A stretch of DNA of 64,000 nt from contig CM059438.1 of the NCBI GenBank assembly GCA_030390025.1, positions 64,172,001 to 64,236,000 of the forward strand, read 5' to 3'. Origin of the DNA: Squalus acanthias (lineage: Eukaryota). The notes under the pieces are model-generated. The model was not told where the DNA came from. It made no database searches and was given only the letters and a program-made list of their open reading frames with translations. Of this stretch, positions 1 to 12,969 are shown piece by piece (positions within the stretch are counted from its first letter, which is position 1; every line of letters begins with the position of its first letter). The translations under genes and the position numbers were made by a program.

Positions 1-1371
1 AAAATTGGAAATAATAAATTACATTACACTAGAGGACATACAATGTCGAAATAGGCATTTGCGTTTCAAATGTTTTTTTCTATATTTACAAGGAAAGTCT
101 GCTTTACAAGATCTGTGCTGAACTTTGAGATATGATGTCTCTTTTTATAAGCACTAACACCATCACCAACATTATCCTCAGAAGCCGAAAGCAATTAGAT
201 TGCATTCTTCAGAAGCTTCTTTGAAATGATTTCTGAGCCGCCGGTAGGAGTGATTAGTATTTATTGTATTTATGTTCTATTCCCAGCCGAGCACATCTCC
301 AGGCAAACATTTTATTATGAAAATGATAATAAAGCCTGCTTGTTCTAAAGTCTCCATTCACTTGGGCGAAAGTGGCCAGAAATTGGATTTTGGTTGATGA
401 ATATGCAGTTTTCTTTGAGTAATGCATACTTTACGTTTGTGTGGGTACGGTATAAACAAAAAAGCTATTTACTTGTGACCTTCCTCAGCGATAGACTTTG
501 CAGCGAAAAAAGCTTTTTGCTGTAAGTATTTTTCCCTCCATTACACTAATGTGTTGGGCATCTGTCAATTATTCTCAAGTGCTCCATAATGTCACTAATG
601 TACTTTACCACACAGTTGAGTTGCAGATGGAGTGCGCAGGAGAATATGCTACATTTAGTCCTGAGTTTAATGAAGGGAAGGGTTGAAAGGCTAGCTTTTC
701 AGTTGATGAATCTTTTTTTTTCTCTCCTCTCGCACAGCCTGGCTTCATTTTCTTTTCATTTTGCAAAACGAAATGATGGAAATTATTTCAACAGAATCGC
801 TCTGGAGTTCAACCGTGCACATCATGTGCAGTGCCCTTAAGGTGTCTTTTTACTCGTGGGTATTCTCTGCAGCATTTTCTGAAGGTCAACTTTCTTCAGG
901 ACACTTCAATCCACTGCCTTGGCTGACTTCCTTTGCAAGCCAACACCATCAAGTGGAGCACTGCTAGGATAGGACCGTCCGAAAAATGTCGCCCTTCGTC
1001 ATCAGTGAATATGGGAGGATCTCTGAAAGGTGAAGGATGCCGGGCCTCAATTGCTTTGGCTAAAGGTTTTGAGGTGAGATTGTGAGAGGGAAAGCAAATT
1101 AAAATGAGGAAATTAGGAGTAGGAATGTAATCAGGTGAATCGCTTGACTCCAAAGGTACCAGGCTGCAGATGAAAGGTCCCTGAAGTGGACAGTCAATGG
1201 ATTCTGGAAGCAATTTAAGTTTCTGAAGAAAAAAAGTATTAAAAAATATCTTGGAATGGTGGAGGGTTAATCAAGGAAAAAGAGATGGACTTATTGGGTC
1301 TAATGACTTTTTCTGTTCACATTCCTAATGTTCTTATAATAACTTAAAAGTGTCATACCTATGTACACTCT

Positions 1372-2227
1372 GGGCTGGATTTTACCAGCCCTGAGGAGGT
1401 GGGTCTGGAGGCGGGACTGCTGGGAAAGTCAAAAAGAATGGGAGTGGGTCCCGAACCCGCTCCCAACCCGCCTCCAACCAATCTTCCTGGGAGTCGGGTC
1501 CCCGATTTGTGCAGGGAACCGACTCCTAGCGGCGTGAAGAGGATTATAGCCACTTAACTGCCTGTTAACAGGTAGTTAACAGTCTTTTCCCAATTTTTCG
1601 ACTGCTGCTGCGGGCTTCCCGATATTGGGGAACCCCGCCAGGGTAAGTGAGGCGTGCTGTGGGTCTGTTGTTATGTTGGTGTACAGATGGCAGCTGCAGA
1701 AGTGATGTGAAGGATGCAATGGGACAATGGTTAGTATCAGAGGTAAGGAAATCTTGTGAAAGTAATTTTTAATGTGGTTAGATGTTTCTGCAGGTGACAA
1801 GCTGTGAAGTGTTTGTGTAGCCTCATCTCATCGGGAGAAGTGACAGATGGCTTCTGCAATCTCAGCTGCAGCTGCCATCTGTTTTATCCTAAGGAGAGAG
1901 TAATTGGAGAGCCTCGGTTCAAGGGCTCACCTGTGTACAGTGATTGTCAGTGTTTGACAGCACCTCAATGCTGTCAAAAACTGACAATTCATCTGTCAAA
2001 CAAGTGTGGTGCATATGCCTTTAAGAAAACCGGCAGATGAAGCATCATCAATTGACGTCATCTGACACCGGCTTTCCCTTAATTGGCCGGCAAGCCCACA
2101 GGGCGGGATTAACAAGGCCAATCAGGGCAAAATAGCGTCTGTTCGTCAGACGTCGCTGGGGGCGGGACTAGAACCCAGAAGGCAGCAGTCCCGCCCCCAA
2201 CTCGTCTCAGTAAGTAAAATCCAGCCC
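1372..2227. mobile_element. Non-autonomous Harbinger-type element (MITE family A)
   Basis: Perfect 14-bp TIR GGGCTGGATTTTAC...GTAAAATCCAGCCC. Colinear with the copy at 45435-46283. The 3-bp TSD is not preserved (TCT/GTG). Confidence 0.85.
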
Positions 2228-2331
2228 GTGTGTCTATAAAACCTTACTTCCTATTGTTAGATTCTGGTGTACTTTTGTATCATTTTTTCCCCATTATATA
2301 TGGCTATGTCCTTATTTATAATTGAAACTAC

Positions 2332-4017
2332 AGGCTCGATTTTAATGGCGGGTGAGCTGTGAAAATCGGAAAAAATGGCTTCAGACACCCAACCCGCCTC
2401 CATCCCGCCCCACACCATTTTCATGAGTGTCGGATCAGCCGCTCCCAAACTGACCCGACTCCAACCGGTGGGACAGGTAGTTAAGGCAGTTAAGAGCCTG
2501 TTAACTGCCTTGATAATCCTATTTTGACAAAGGTTTCCCATTTTCGTGCCTCTGGCTCCTGTTTCCTGTCTTGTCAGAAACAGTCCAGCTGCAAGGAGAC
2601 GAGTTGGTGGAGGACATGATCTGTAGTCATTATTGGTGCAGAACTTTAAAAGTGCTCCTGTAACATGGCTGTCATTCAAATGCAACAACTTTGTTGTTGG
2701 AGGTTTGAGATAAGATTTTGCAAATCTACTGACCTTGTGACTGGTCAAGTTGACACACATCTGCTGTTTGAACTGATTGGAATAATTTCAGGCCACTTTG
2801 AGTGTGCGCTTGCAAGCTTCTTGCCTCAACTGAAATCTATAACAACGGGATGGGAACCATTTACATCCTCTCATCCTGGTCGCCAGATTTGGAGGATGAG
2901 CAGCGCGGCTTAGTGCTGCTGGATGAACAAGTGGCTCAGTACACAGCCTCCTTGGAGGAAGATGAAGAGGATGAGGAAGAGGACGAGGAAGAGGACGAGG
3001 AGGAGGATGAGTAGGAGGACGGGGAGTGACGGCTTGCGGGACCGGATGTGGCCAATCCAGCAGCAGGCGACCACATTGATGGCCATCAGGCAAGGGATGC
3101 ACTCATCCTTGCCAGATTCGCATAAGCTAATGCTTCAACCACAGGTGGCTGACACATGGCGATGAATATAAGTCCGACAGTCTCAAACCCCAGGCATCAT
3201 CTGTCCAATAAACAGTGGTTTGTGCTCAGTGTCACCACCATCATTCTACATGGAAATCACCCTGAGCCCTCACTCTTGAACTTCCATTTCCCAGAACACA
3301 GAGGCCACACTTTAGGTGATCTCAGCAGATCATTAAACCTTTTTCGACACTAAACCCATGTGCGTCTGCGCACAGATCTCGAGCTCACCTTCTCAGCAAT
3401 TTGCAGCCAAGCTGCCTTGGTTTGCTGAGGAGGCCTCCTCCTTCCGTTTCCAGGGAAGAGGAGATCCTGACGTCCTCTAACTTCCTCAACAAGAGCATGG
3501 AGAGAGCCCTCATTGAACCTGGGTGCAGCCTTAGTTTTTGGGGCTGCCGTTCCTGCAGCTCCCAGCACCTTTCAGAGAAAAAAGCATTAATATCACTAAG
3601 CAAATATTTGGAAGACATCTGGGATTTTTTCATTTCATAGTCAGATAATAAAGTCATATATCAAAAAATCATGAATCTCTTTCTGGAATAATATGACCAG
3701 CAATATCATTCATTAAACTTTGCACAGAACAGATGCTGTCAACTCCCCTTTCAAGATAATACAGCACCAAGCCATCCCAATGACATTTGTATGCAAAGGG
3801 GACATGGCCCCTTTAAATTTTCAAACAAACAACGTGTCATCAGACGCGAGAAACTGACATCCTCCGAGCAGTTGCCTGGAGGGACCCGCACGTCGGCCGG
3901 AACGAGGCCAGTGAAACCAAAATCGGAATTGATGGGAGGCGGCAGCTGGGCGCGGGTCTGAAAGCTGCCGAGCAGCGGGCCCGCCCTCAACCCGCCTCCG
4001 TTATTAAAATCCAGCCC
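2332..4017. mobile_element. Internally deleted Harbinger transposon
   Basis: Ends (A)GGCTCGATTTTAAT...ATTAAAATCCAGCCC with TAC/TGC flanks. Carries a transposase N-terminus/C-terminus remnant on + (2850-3125) and a Myb/SANT exon remnant on - (about 3312-3560, PRFNEGSLHALVEEV...WLQIAEKV). Confidence 0.85.
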
Positions 4018-4298
4018 TGCCTATGTAAACTTGTCATGCTGTAATTACACCCTTTTGCCAGTGGTGGCACTGTGTGTCCCAGTTTCACATCTCCCATATC
4101 CTAATTGTCCTGTAGAGAAACTCCTATACTACAATCAAATCTACTTCTCTGCTTCCCAAAATTGTCCTAAATTTTACTGTTTAACTATAAAGGATAATAT
4201 AGAGAATTGTATAAAAATAAGGATGGACGGTATGACTTTTAAATGGGGACAGAATTAAGTCTGCCCTCTAACCCTGTTTCACCTGAAGACAACACTTA

Positions 4299-4489
4299 AG
4301 GGTGGTGGAAGCAGATACAATGGTAACTTTCAAAAGGGAATTGGATAACTATTTGAAGAATAAAAATTTACAGGGCTATGGGGAAAGAACAGGGGGGTGG
4401 TACTCATTGGATAGCTCTTTCAAAGGCACGATGAGCCGAATGGCCTCCTTCTATATTGTATGATTCTATGATTATTCTATGATTCTATG
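4299..4489 (+). mobile_element. CR1 LINE 3' end fragment
   Basis: End of ORF2 (VVEADT..FKRELD), 3'UTR GAGCCGAATGGCCT and an (ATTCTATG)n-type tail. Confidence 0.85.
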
Positions 4490-4551
4490 CTGTCGAGTTC
4501 ATGTGAATCAGGTAAGAAAGGAGACACACGATATTCCTCACCCAGGAACCC

Positions 4552-5260
4552 TGTAAGAATAAAAATATATGTTTTGTATGTGTGATGGACTCAAGACTAC
4601 TAATATAAGATGTATGTAATAAAGATAAATTTGATGTGTATGGATCTCCCCTGGGTGAGCAGAGCTCAAAACAACGGCACAAAACTTAACAAAGGAAACC
4701 TGCATAACAGGATAACCCCCCACAGACTCACCATCGAAATTCGCCATCGAAACTCAAGAGCCATTAAAAGGTGTCAACAAACAATTAACTTAAGCAAGAA
4801 ATGGCACCAGTCTCTGCTGAATCTCTGCCAATCAAGAACTGCCATGAAACTAAGACTCAATCCTGGGGTCTTAGCAAATTAGACTAGAGACAATGGACTT
4901 AAAAAGATATAAAACAAGGAACCCAAAGGCTCTCTCTCTCTCGCGGAAAAGCAAGAAGCCCTCCCTCTACAGACCAGACCAAGAAGCAAGGAAAAAGGCC
5001 GCGTGCATTGCTTGACTCAGGGAAGTACGAGTCTGTGTAAATCTAACTTATTACCTTACCTGTTGTAATCGAGTAGAGTCCATAAATACCAGTAGGCTAT
5101 TGTTTTGATGTGCATGAGTGTGTGTGTTTAATAAACTTGCTTGAGTGTGTGTGTTTAATAAACCTGCTTGAGTGTGTGTGTTTAATAAACTTATTCCAAA
5201 TTGTTTCAAAAGAATCGGTCTTGCTGTCAATTTAATGCCTGTCGAAATAAAAAGCTTACA
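4552..5260 (+). mobile_element. Solo LTR (709 bp)
   Basis: TGTAAG...CTTACA inverted termini and a 4-bp TSD ACCC (4548-4551/5261-5264). TATA-like GATATAAAA near 4906, with AATAAA signals downstream. Confidence 0.85.
5111..5191 (+). repeat. Three tandem copies of a 27-bp unit inside the LTR, each containing AATAAA
   Basis: TGC(T/A)TGAGTGTGTGTGTTTAATAAAC(T/C) x3. Confidence 0.9.
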
Positions 5261-6500
5261 ACCCCCAGCTGCCCTTGTTCTTGTTAAAGTTTTTCAGAGG
5301 GGGTTTACTGATAAGTGATGTCAGCATTTTTACCAATTTACACTCAGTGTCAGCATCAAGTAATTCTGTATCAGGTACAATACAGATTAGAACATAAGAA
5401 CATAAGAAATAGGAGCAGGAGTAGGTCATTTGGCCCCTCGAGCCTGCTCCACCATTCAAGAAGATCATGGCTGACCTGATCTTGGCCTCCACTTTCCCGC
5501 CCGCTTCCCATAACCCTTGACTCCCCTGTAGCTCAAATATCTGTCAATCTCCGCCTTGAATATATCCAATGACTCCACCTGCACAGCTCTCTGGGGTAGA
5601 GAATTCCAAAGATTCACGACCCTCTGAGAGAAGAAATTCCACCTCATCTCCATTTTAAATTCTGATACTATGCCCCCTCATTCTAGATTCCTCCCACGAG
5701 GGGAAGCATCCTCTCTGCATCTACCCTGTCGAGCCCCCTCAGAATCTTATATGTTTCAATAAGATCACCTCTCATTCTTTTAAACTCCAATGAGTATAGG
5801 CCCAACCTGCTCAACCTTCTTCATAAGACAACCCCTTCATCTCAGGAATCAACCTAGTGAACCTTCTCTGAACTGCCTCCAATGCAAGTATATCCCTCTT
5901 TAAATAAGGAGACCAAAACTGCACGCAGTACTCCAGGTGTGGTATCACCAGCGCCCTGTACAGTTGTAGCAAGACTTCCCTACTTTTATACTCCATCCCC
6001 CTTGCAATAAGGGCCAACATTCCATTTGCCTTCCTAATTACTTGCTGTACCTGCATGCTAACTTTTTGTGTTTCATGTATGAGGACCCCCAGATCCCTCT
6101 GTACCGCCGCATTTTGTAGTCTCTCTCCATTTAAATAATAATTTGCTTTTTTATTCTTCCTACCAAAGTGGATAACCTCACATTTTACCACATTATACTC
6201 CATCTGCCAAATTTTTGCCCACTCGCTTAACCTATCTATATCCCTTTGCAGACTCTTTGGCCGCGATTTTCCCATTGGTGGCGGGTTGGGCGCGGGTCAG
6301 GAGGTCGGCGGGTTCCGATCCCGATTTTGCCCTAATTGGGCAATTGATTCCCTGCGTGTGCGCTCCCTGGCCAATTAGTGTTTTGGGTCTGGAACTCGCC
6401 TCTGCTGACGTCTGTGAGCCGGCTGCATTTAAGGGGCCCATACAGCCTTGGTTCATTTTCTCCTTATTTAATGCTGGATTTGCCTGTTACAACTGCTGCC

Positions 6501-8445
6501 ATGACTACCTCAAGGGCCAAGGCCTCTCCCCGATTTGATGATGACTCCCTCCATGCTCTTGTGGAGGGAGTCAGAGGGCGCAGAGAGGTACTCTTCCCAT
6601 CCTCTGTCCGGAAGAAGCCACCACAGCAAACAAAAGCAGTGTGGCTGCAAATTGCTGATGAGGTCAGCTCCAGATCAATGTGCCCTCGAACCTGGGTGCA
6701 GTGCAGAAAAAGGTTCAATGACCTGGTCCGCTTAGGAAAAGTGAGTATAACATCACACTTGGCCTCAATCTGCTCCACATCTGCTCTCATCACCAGCACT
6801 CTGCATTGTCAACCTACTCCTGCACATCCCACTTTACCCTTACATCCCTTGCACCCTTAACCATCACTTTCTCTCTATGTACAGAATCACTTCACTATTC
6901 GACTATGCTGCCCTCACATTCGCTCTCACTGTGATGCTATGACAACAACTAACAACGCACAGGGAGGGCCCTTGGTATTGGCACCACACTCCAGCTTTGT
7001 CTCCTTCTAAGCATCTATGCTATGGATTCTCTACACTCAGTCCATCATTCTCACTCAAACTCCACTTGTGTCCCTCATTGCAGGAAAAGAGAGCCCACAA
7101 TAAGAGGGAGAGGGCTAAGACAGGAGGAGGGCCACCTTCCATTGCCCATCTTACCAATGCTGAGGAGGCGGCCCTGGAGATCATTGGAGGTGATGAGGAT
7201 CCGGAAGTGGGTGACGGTCAGACGGGCGCAGCAGAGCAAGCTGGTGACAGAATAGATTTGCATCTCTCTCATTTACATTGCATGAGTGACTGATATGCCA
7301 TCTGATGCTCATATCGATTGACTTATGACCATCTGCACAATTCCATGATGCATGCTACATTAATATCACATGTCTAACTCATGCCGTTACTCCCCCACAG
7401 GACAATCGACAGCCCCCCTCCCCACTGTCCAGGAGGAAGAGCCTGAGCCGGAAGACACCTCAGGGGAACCTGCAACCTCTGAGGGCGCAGCATCAGCAGA
7501 ATTAAGCGCACCCAGCACCAGCGCAGACACTCACACCTCGGTGGGTCCTTCGCGACATAGAGTAGTGTTGTCACCTGGTGTATCACAGCTCACAAGTGAG
7601 CATCAGCAGATGGTGGAGACAGGGACAGCAGTGGAGAGTCCTCGTCGGAGGCCGCAGGGTGCTCCCAGCTCGGCTCAGCTGCATGTCGACCCTGTGCCTC
7701 CGAGTCCATCCAGAAGGAGAGCGGTGCTGGAACTCCAGGAACAAGTGCAGGAGTCTCTGGCAGGTTTTGCATTCAGGGTTACTGCGAGTGTGGAGAGGAT
7801 GGAGGAGTCCATTCCAACATGAGCAGTGCCTTTGTGGAGGCAATGGCACATGAACGCACCAACATGGATAGGATGGCAATCTCCGTGGAAAGGATGGCTA
7901 CGGTTATGGAGGAAATAAGTCGCCAGAGTCAGGAAAACATGGTGAATGTTCAGAATAGACTGACATCTCTGGAGGAGCGATGGGCAGCTATTGAGCAGTG
8001 AAACCAGAGCTTCATGGAAATCCTTTTGAGGAGGACTGCCAGTGCAGATATGGGTCCTCATGGCCCCCCTGATGTGCAGCAAGATGCTGTCACGCCACTT
8101 GCTAGCACTGAAGTGGGGCTGACTCATGAGAGGAATGTTGGTGGCAGGCAACAAGGAAGTGGAGGCTCCTCTCCAAGTGCTCACACTCCCATGTCACTGC
8201 GGAGCCCTCAGTCAGAGCCCCACCAGAGTCCTCACCCCACTGAGATGGGCATCTCAGCCCCTGCACAGCTGCAGGAGGAGCAGACTGTTGCCGAGCCCTC
8301 AGAGGCTCGCAAACCCAGAGGATACCCGCCTATGGTGTCGAAGCAAGAGCAGCATGAAAGTGAGCAAGGTGCCTCCACATCTGCTGAAGTCACAGGGGAA
8401 GCACCATGTAGAAGCACGCGTAAGAGGAAGATAAAGCACAATTAG
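6501..8445 (+). pseudogene. Harbinger Myb/SANT-like (NAIF1/MSANTD-type) DNA-binding protein gene, 3 exons, disrupted in exon 3
   Basis: Exon 1 is 6501-6740 (PRFDDDSLHALVEGV...WLQIADEV...RTWVQCRKRFNDL, donor GTGAGT), exon 2 is 7084-7243 and exon 3 is 7401-8445. GT-AG sites keep the frame. Frameshift near 7820, stop at 7999-8001, basic C-terminus RKRKIK. Confidence 0.9.
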
Positions 8446-8710
8446 TCACAAGGGTAGTCACTTGGGTGTTCTGTTCTGTTGTATTTAATTTTTGCCATTG
8501 CCATCCTTTTGTGCATTGAATAAACAGAAGTGATGGCAAACAGTTGAAGTTCTGGCCTATGTGATCCGGGAAATGGAAGTTGCACATTGAGGGCTCAGGG
8601 TGACTTGCATTTGTACTGATGGTGGTCAGAGTGATAGGAACCCACAGGTTCTTGTCCATTGTCTGTGGTGTGATAAGAAGGTGCCAGCCACATGTGTTTG
8701 ATTCGTCTAC

Positions 8711-9924
8711 CTAAGCGAAATTGGCAAAGATTAGTGCATCCCTTGCATCCTGGGCAGCAATGTGCTTGCGTGCTGCTGAACCTGGCTCATCCGCCTCTGC
8801 AAGGTCTTCTTCCTCCTCCTCCTCATCTAAGGAGGCTATGCACTGAGCCATTTGTTCCTCAGGCAGCTGCAAGCCACGATGCTGTGCGATGTTGTGCAGT
8901 GCACAGCAGACCACAATGATTCTGGAGACCCTGGCTGCTGAGTACTGTAGGGCTCCACCTGATCTGTCAAGGCATCTGAATCGCATCTTCAGCAAGCCAA
9001 TGGTTTGCTCGATGATGGATCTGGTCGAAATGTGCCTGGCATTGTAGCGCTCCTCAGCTTCGTTCGATGACCTCCTCAACGGCGTCATCAGCCACATCTT
9101 CAGGGGATAGCCTTTGTCTCCAAGTAGCCACCCAGAAAGTTGTGTTGGCGGATTGAACAGCGGAGGCACACTAGACTGCCGCAGGATGAACGAGTCATGA
9201 CAACTGCCAGGGTACTTCGCGCAAACATGCAAAATGTATTTCCTGTGGTTACACTCCAGCTGCACGTTAAAGGAGTGGAATCCCTTGCGGTTGACAAAAA
9301 AGCTGGGTTGATGGGGCACCCTAAGGGCCACATGTGTGCAATCTATGATGCCCTGCACCCTTGGCAAGCCTGCCATATTTGCAAAGCCAACCGCACAGGC
9401 AGTTATACTTGCTTGATCGTGGAGAAGTGTATGTAATTGTGCGCCTTTGCAAAGAGGGCATCGGTTACCTGCGTGATGCAAGTGTGTGCGGCTGACTGGG
9501 AGATGCCGCTGATGTCTGCTGCTGAGCCCTGGAAGGACCCTGAAGCAAAAAAACTGAGGGTGGTGGTGACTTTGACAGCCGCTGGTAAGGGGTGTCCACC
9601 CGCTCCTCTGGGCTCCAGGTGTTGGTGCAGCATTGCGCAGATGTCAGCAACTACCTCTCGCAAAAGTCTCAGCCTCCTTTGGCACTGTTGCTCAGTCATG
9701 TTGAGGAAGGTCATCCTCGGCCTGTAAACCCTGTGTTGGGGGTATCTCCTGCGGCGACGTGCATCCCTGCGCTGACACCCTCTGCCCTGTGCAGCATCAG
9801 GTGGCTGAGCAGGAGGTTGGCGCTCCTGCTGTTGGTGCTGCTGTTGTGCCTGGTTCTGTTGCTGTCGCAGCTGCTCTTCCTCTGAATCTGAGGACCAGGA
9901 TGAAAGGAAATAAATGGTTCCCAT
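8711..9924 (-). pseudogene. HARBI1-like Harbinger DDE transposase, one frameshift near 9410-9480
   Basis: Motifs [52 protein letters not shown] and CCALHN. The N-terminal part is in ORF 9403-9924. Confidence 0.95.
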
Positions 9925-12900
9925 GCTGCTGGTAGATAGCTCAGTTGAGGATGTGCTCAGTCAATGTGGGGAGAGGGTTTCTCCAGGAGGTCACAGTGGA
10001 GATGGATCTCAGCTTCACCACTTCCAAGATCAGTAGACATGCAAAAAGTTTTCCAAGACCTGAAAAAACAAAGTCCTGCCACCTGCAACTGAGCCTTGTT
10101 GAGAGCTCCGTTTTTATGCTGGAGCTGCAGCTGTGAAGAAGGCAGCCACTTGTGAACCCGCCACAATCAGCTGGCGTGGTTTGGGAACGGTGTGGAACAG
10201 GCAGAAAAAGTGGTAAATTCAAAAACCGCTGTCAAAATAGCATTATCCAGGCAGTTAACAAGCCGTTAACTGCCTTAAGGGCCTATCCCGCCGCTTGGTG
10301 GCGGGACCAATCGGGAGTCTGGGAGGCCGCCTTTGGGGAAGTTGCACGGAGGCGGGTTGATGGTGGGATTGGAACCCGCCGTCAATATTTCCGATTTTAC
10401 CACCTGACCCGCCTCCAAACCCGCCCTCTGAGCGCCGGCAAAATCAAGCCCTTTGTGTCCTCCTCACAATTTGCTTTCCCACCTACCTTTGGATCATCAG
10501 CAAATTTGGCTGCAGTGCACTTGGTCCCTTCATCCAAGTCATTAATATAGGTTGTAAATAGTTGAGGCCCCAGCACTGATCCCTGTGGCACCCCACTAGT
10601 TACAGTTTGCCAGCCTGAAAATGACCCATTTATCCCGACTCCCTGTTTTCTGTTAGTTAGCCAATCCTCTCTCCATGCTAATATATTACCCCTAACCCCG
10701 TGAGCTCTTATCTTGTGTAGTAACCTTTTATGTGGCACCTTATCGAATGCCTTCTGGAAATCCAAATATACTACATCGACTGGTTCCCCTTTCTCCTCCC
10801 TGCTTGTTACATCCTCAAATAACTCCAGGAAATTTGTCAAACACAAAGTGGCGTCCTTCTAAACTGCCTCAACACTCGGCATTAAGCTCATCTTTTAATG
10901 CATTTTACACATCTCCATTCTGGAAACCATGCTTGTGGTCCCTCCAAGTAAGATTTCCCGGTTTAGTAATGATTGCTTCCAAATCGTGGTAAATCTGAGC
11001 CTTGGGACCCAGTCAGAACTGTGTTAAGCTTACACATAGCTATCTGATTTATCATCTTTATTGTCAGCAGATAAAAGAGACTTTCAGCCCCTTGGCTTGG
11101 ATTGATTTTGACAACAGGCCCCAGAGGTGAAAGGACACAACAATACCAAGCCCAGACATGCACGCACACCTGCACTCACTCACTCACTCATTCACACACC
11201 CCTCCTCACCTGTACTTTACTTAATTTCTAGTAATATTGCTGTAAATTACAGACCATGATAACATATTTTGAGAGATAAGTTACCAAATTATACCGAAAG
11301 GAAGATGAAACGATGGAATGATGTGATTGGACGGTACAAAATGATCACTGTATTGACGATCACATCTAGTGCTACAAGTTTATTATTTTAATCTTGGCGT
11401 TAATAAATACAATACATGTCAATGCTGTTTCCTCTCTCCTTCCTAGCTTGCGTCTGTTGGTGACTGCTATTGAAATCTGTTTCTTGCCTGTCCCTCTATG
11501 TCCTCTATTTCTTGCCATCTTACTTCACTGTATCAGTGGCCTTTGCTTTGTCTCTCATTCACCACGCTGCCATAGTACAGCTACTTTGAAGATCCTCATC
11601 CCTGACTCTAGCGTGTACTGATGCTATTCGGCTCACTTCTCTAATAGTAAATGCACTTGGACAAAACAATATTTCCTCTGAGTCTACTGACCTTTAATCA
11701 CCAAAAATTACTGTTGCAATATTATGTGTATTATAAATAAGATCTGCACGAGTATCATATGAAGCAACGATGTTGCTTTATGCATTCGTCACCTGTCTTC
11801 CTGTAATAGTGGACCCTGCTTCACCAGGCAGGTAACTCTGTTATACTGAAGTTCCTAGAGGACACATTTTGATCTCGCAGACACATAAACATTTTAAAAT
11901 GATCTAACTTCCCATAAACAAGTCAATTGCATTTTTGTTTCTATTTATCTGGGCAGTTTAGATATTAATATTCTGCCAGGTGACCAGATTATTAGATTAC
12001 TGTTATGTAATCATTCCTGGAAATTCATTACTCTGTGTGTAGACTATCACACTGCTTATTGAACCTCTGCCAACGTAAATTTAGTCTACTGCCTAGCACC
12101 ATCTATAATTAGAGGGGAGAAGGGTAAGTAGTATACTGACATTATAAAAATAGATTAGATTACTGGCAAAACATGATGGCAGTGATGTTAAAACCAACAG
12201 TAAGTGCATGGGTTGTCTCAATATCAGAATAACACATTGTTGTACAGAAACTTCTGTTGTGAAGGTTCATAGACAGTTGGCCCTTACCTTAATTTGCCTT
12301 GAGTCTTCTTATTGACTCTTGGCCTGACATAACAATGCAAACATCTGCGCTTCTGTTCAATTTAATGCATACTGGTTTGCCTGATTGATGGTGGTGTCAA
12401 TGAGGTCCTTGTTGAGATAATTCCACCAAGTCAGCTTGGCCTACGCTCCAGCTTACTGTGTTGGATCAGTAGGATTTGATCGTATTGGCAAGTGCTTAAA
12501 GTTCCAGAAAAGTGATCGGGATTGCTAGCAGACTCTTTCCTTACTGTCCGATAAATCGATCAACATGTTGATTTCCACATCTTCACAATATGAGCAACAG
12601 AAAATCCGAAGTAAGCATCTTTTATAAATTCGCCCACTGTCTTTTTCCACTGGTTATAGATCAGTTGCAGTTATGGTTTTATATTCCAGTCTTGAAATAG
12701 TTATAATGTTGGCTTTTAAAGCTCTTGTCAGTTCAGTTTCAGAGGTCTGCCTTGATCGTCTGGGTAATCACTTCCTTCTGTTTCACGTCTTGTATGAATG
12801 TCCCATAAACTTCCAAGGAACACTGATTGAAGAGAGTTAAAGTTAGTGATTTTCACCGAAATCGAGTAGAATGCATAGGTTGCGTTTGACACAAACAGAA

Positions 12901-12969
12901 GATTAACATCTCAGTGATTGGTGTCTTTGGTTATTTTCTTTTGAAGTGTACATTAAGTGACTCTTTACC

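Larger units (their letters stand above)
6259..10451. mobile_element. Full-length two-gene PIF/Harbinger DNA transposon (mutated copy)
   Basis: TTT TSD defined by the interrupted CR1. Imperfect TIRs GGCCGCGATTTTCC and GGGCTTGATTTTGC (reverse complement). Convergent Myb/SANT and DDE transposase genes. Confidence 0.95.
5388..10846 (-). mobile_element. 5'-truncated CR1 LINE (RT region to tail), split by a Harbinger insertion at 6259-10451
   Basis: ORF pieces carry YLDFQKAFDKVPH, GVPQGSVLGP, KFADD and LQRDIDRLSEW. (TTCTTATG)n tail near 5390. The frame rejoins (EEDTKSLQRDID) when the insertion and one TTT are removed. Confidence 0.95.

Noticed and set aside
498..1213. Short overlapping ORFs in unique sequence (also 59196-63020)
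   Set aside because: No recognisable domains, and lengths are as expected by chance.
8711..9924. Host HARBI1 gene
   Set aside because: Frameshifted and enclosed by transposon ends and a TSD inside a CR1, so it is a transposon copy.
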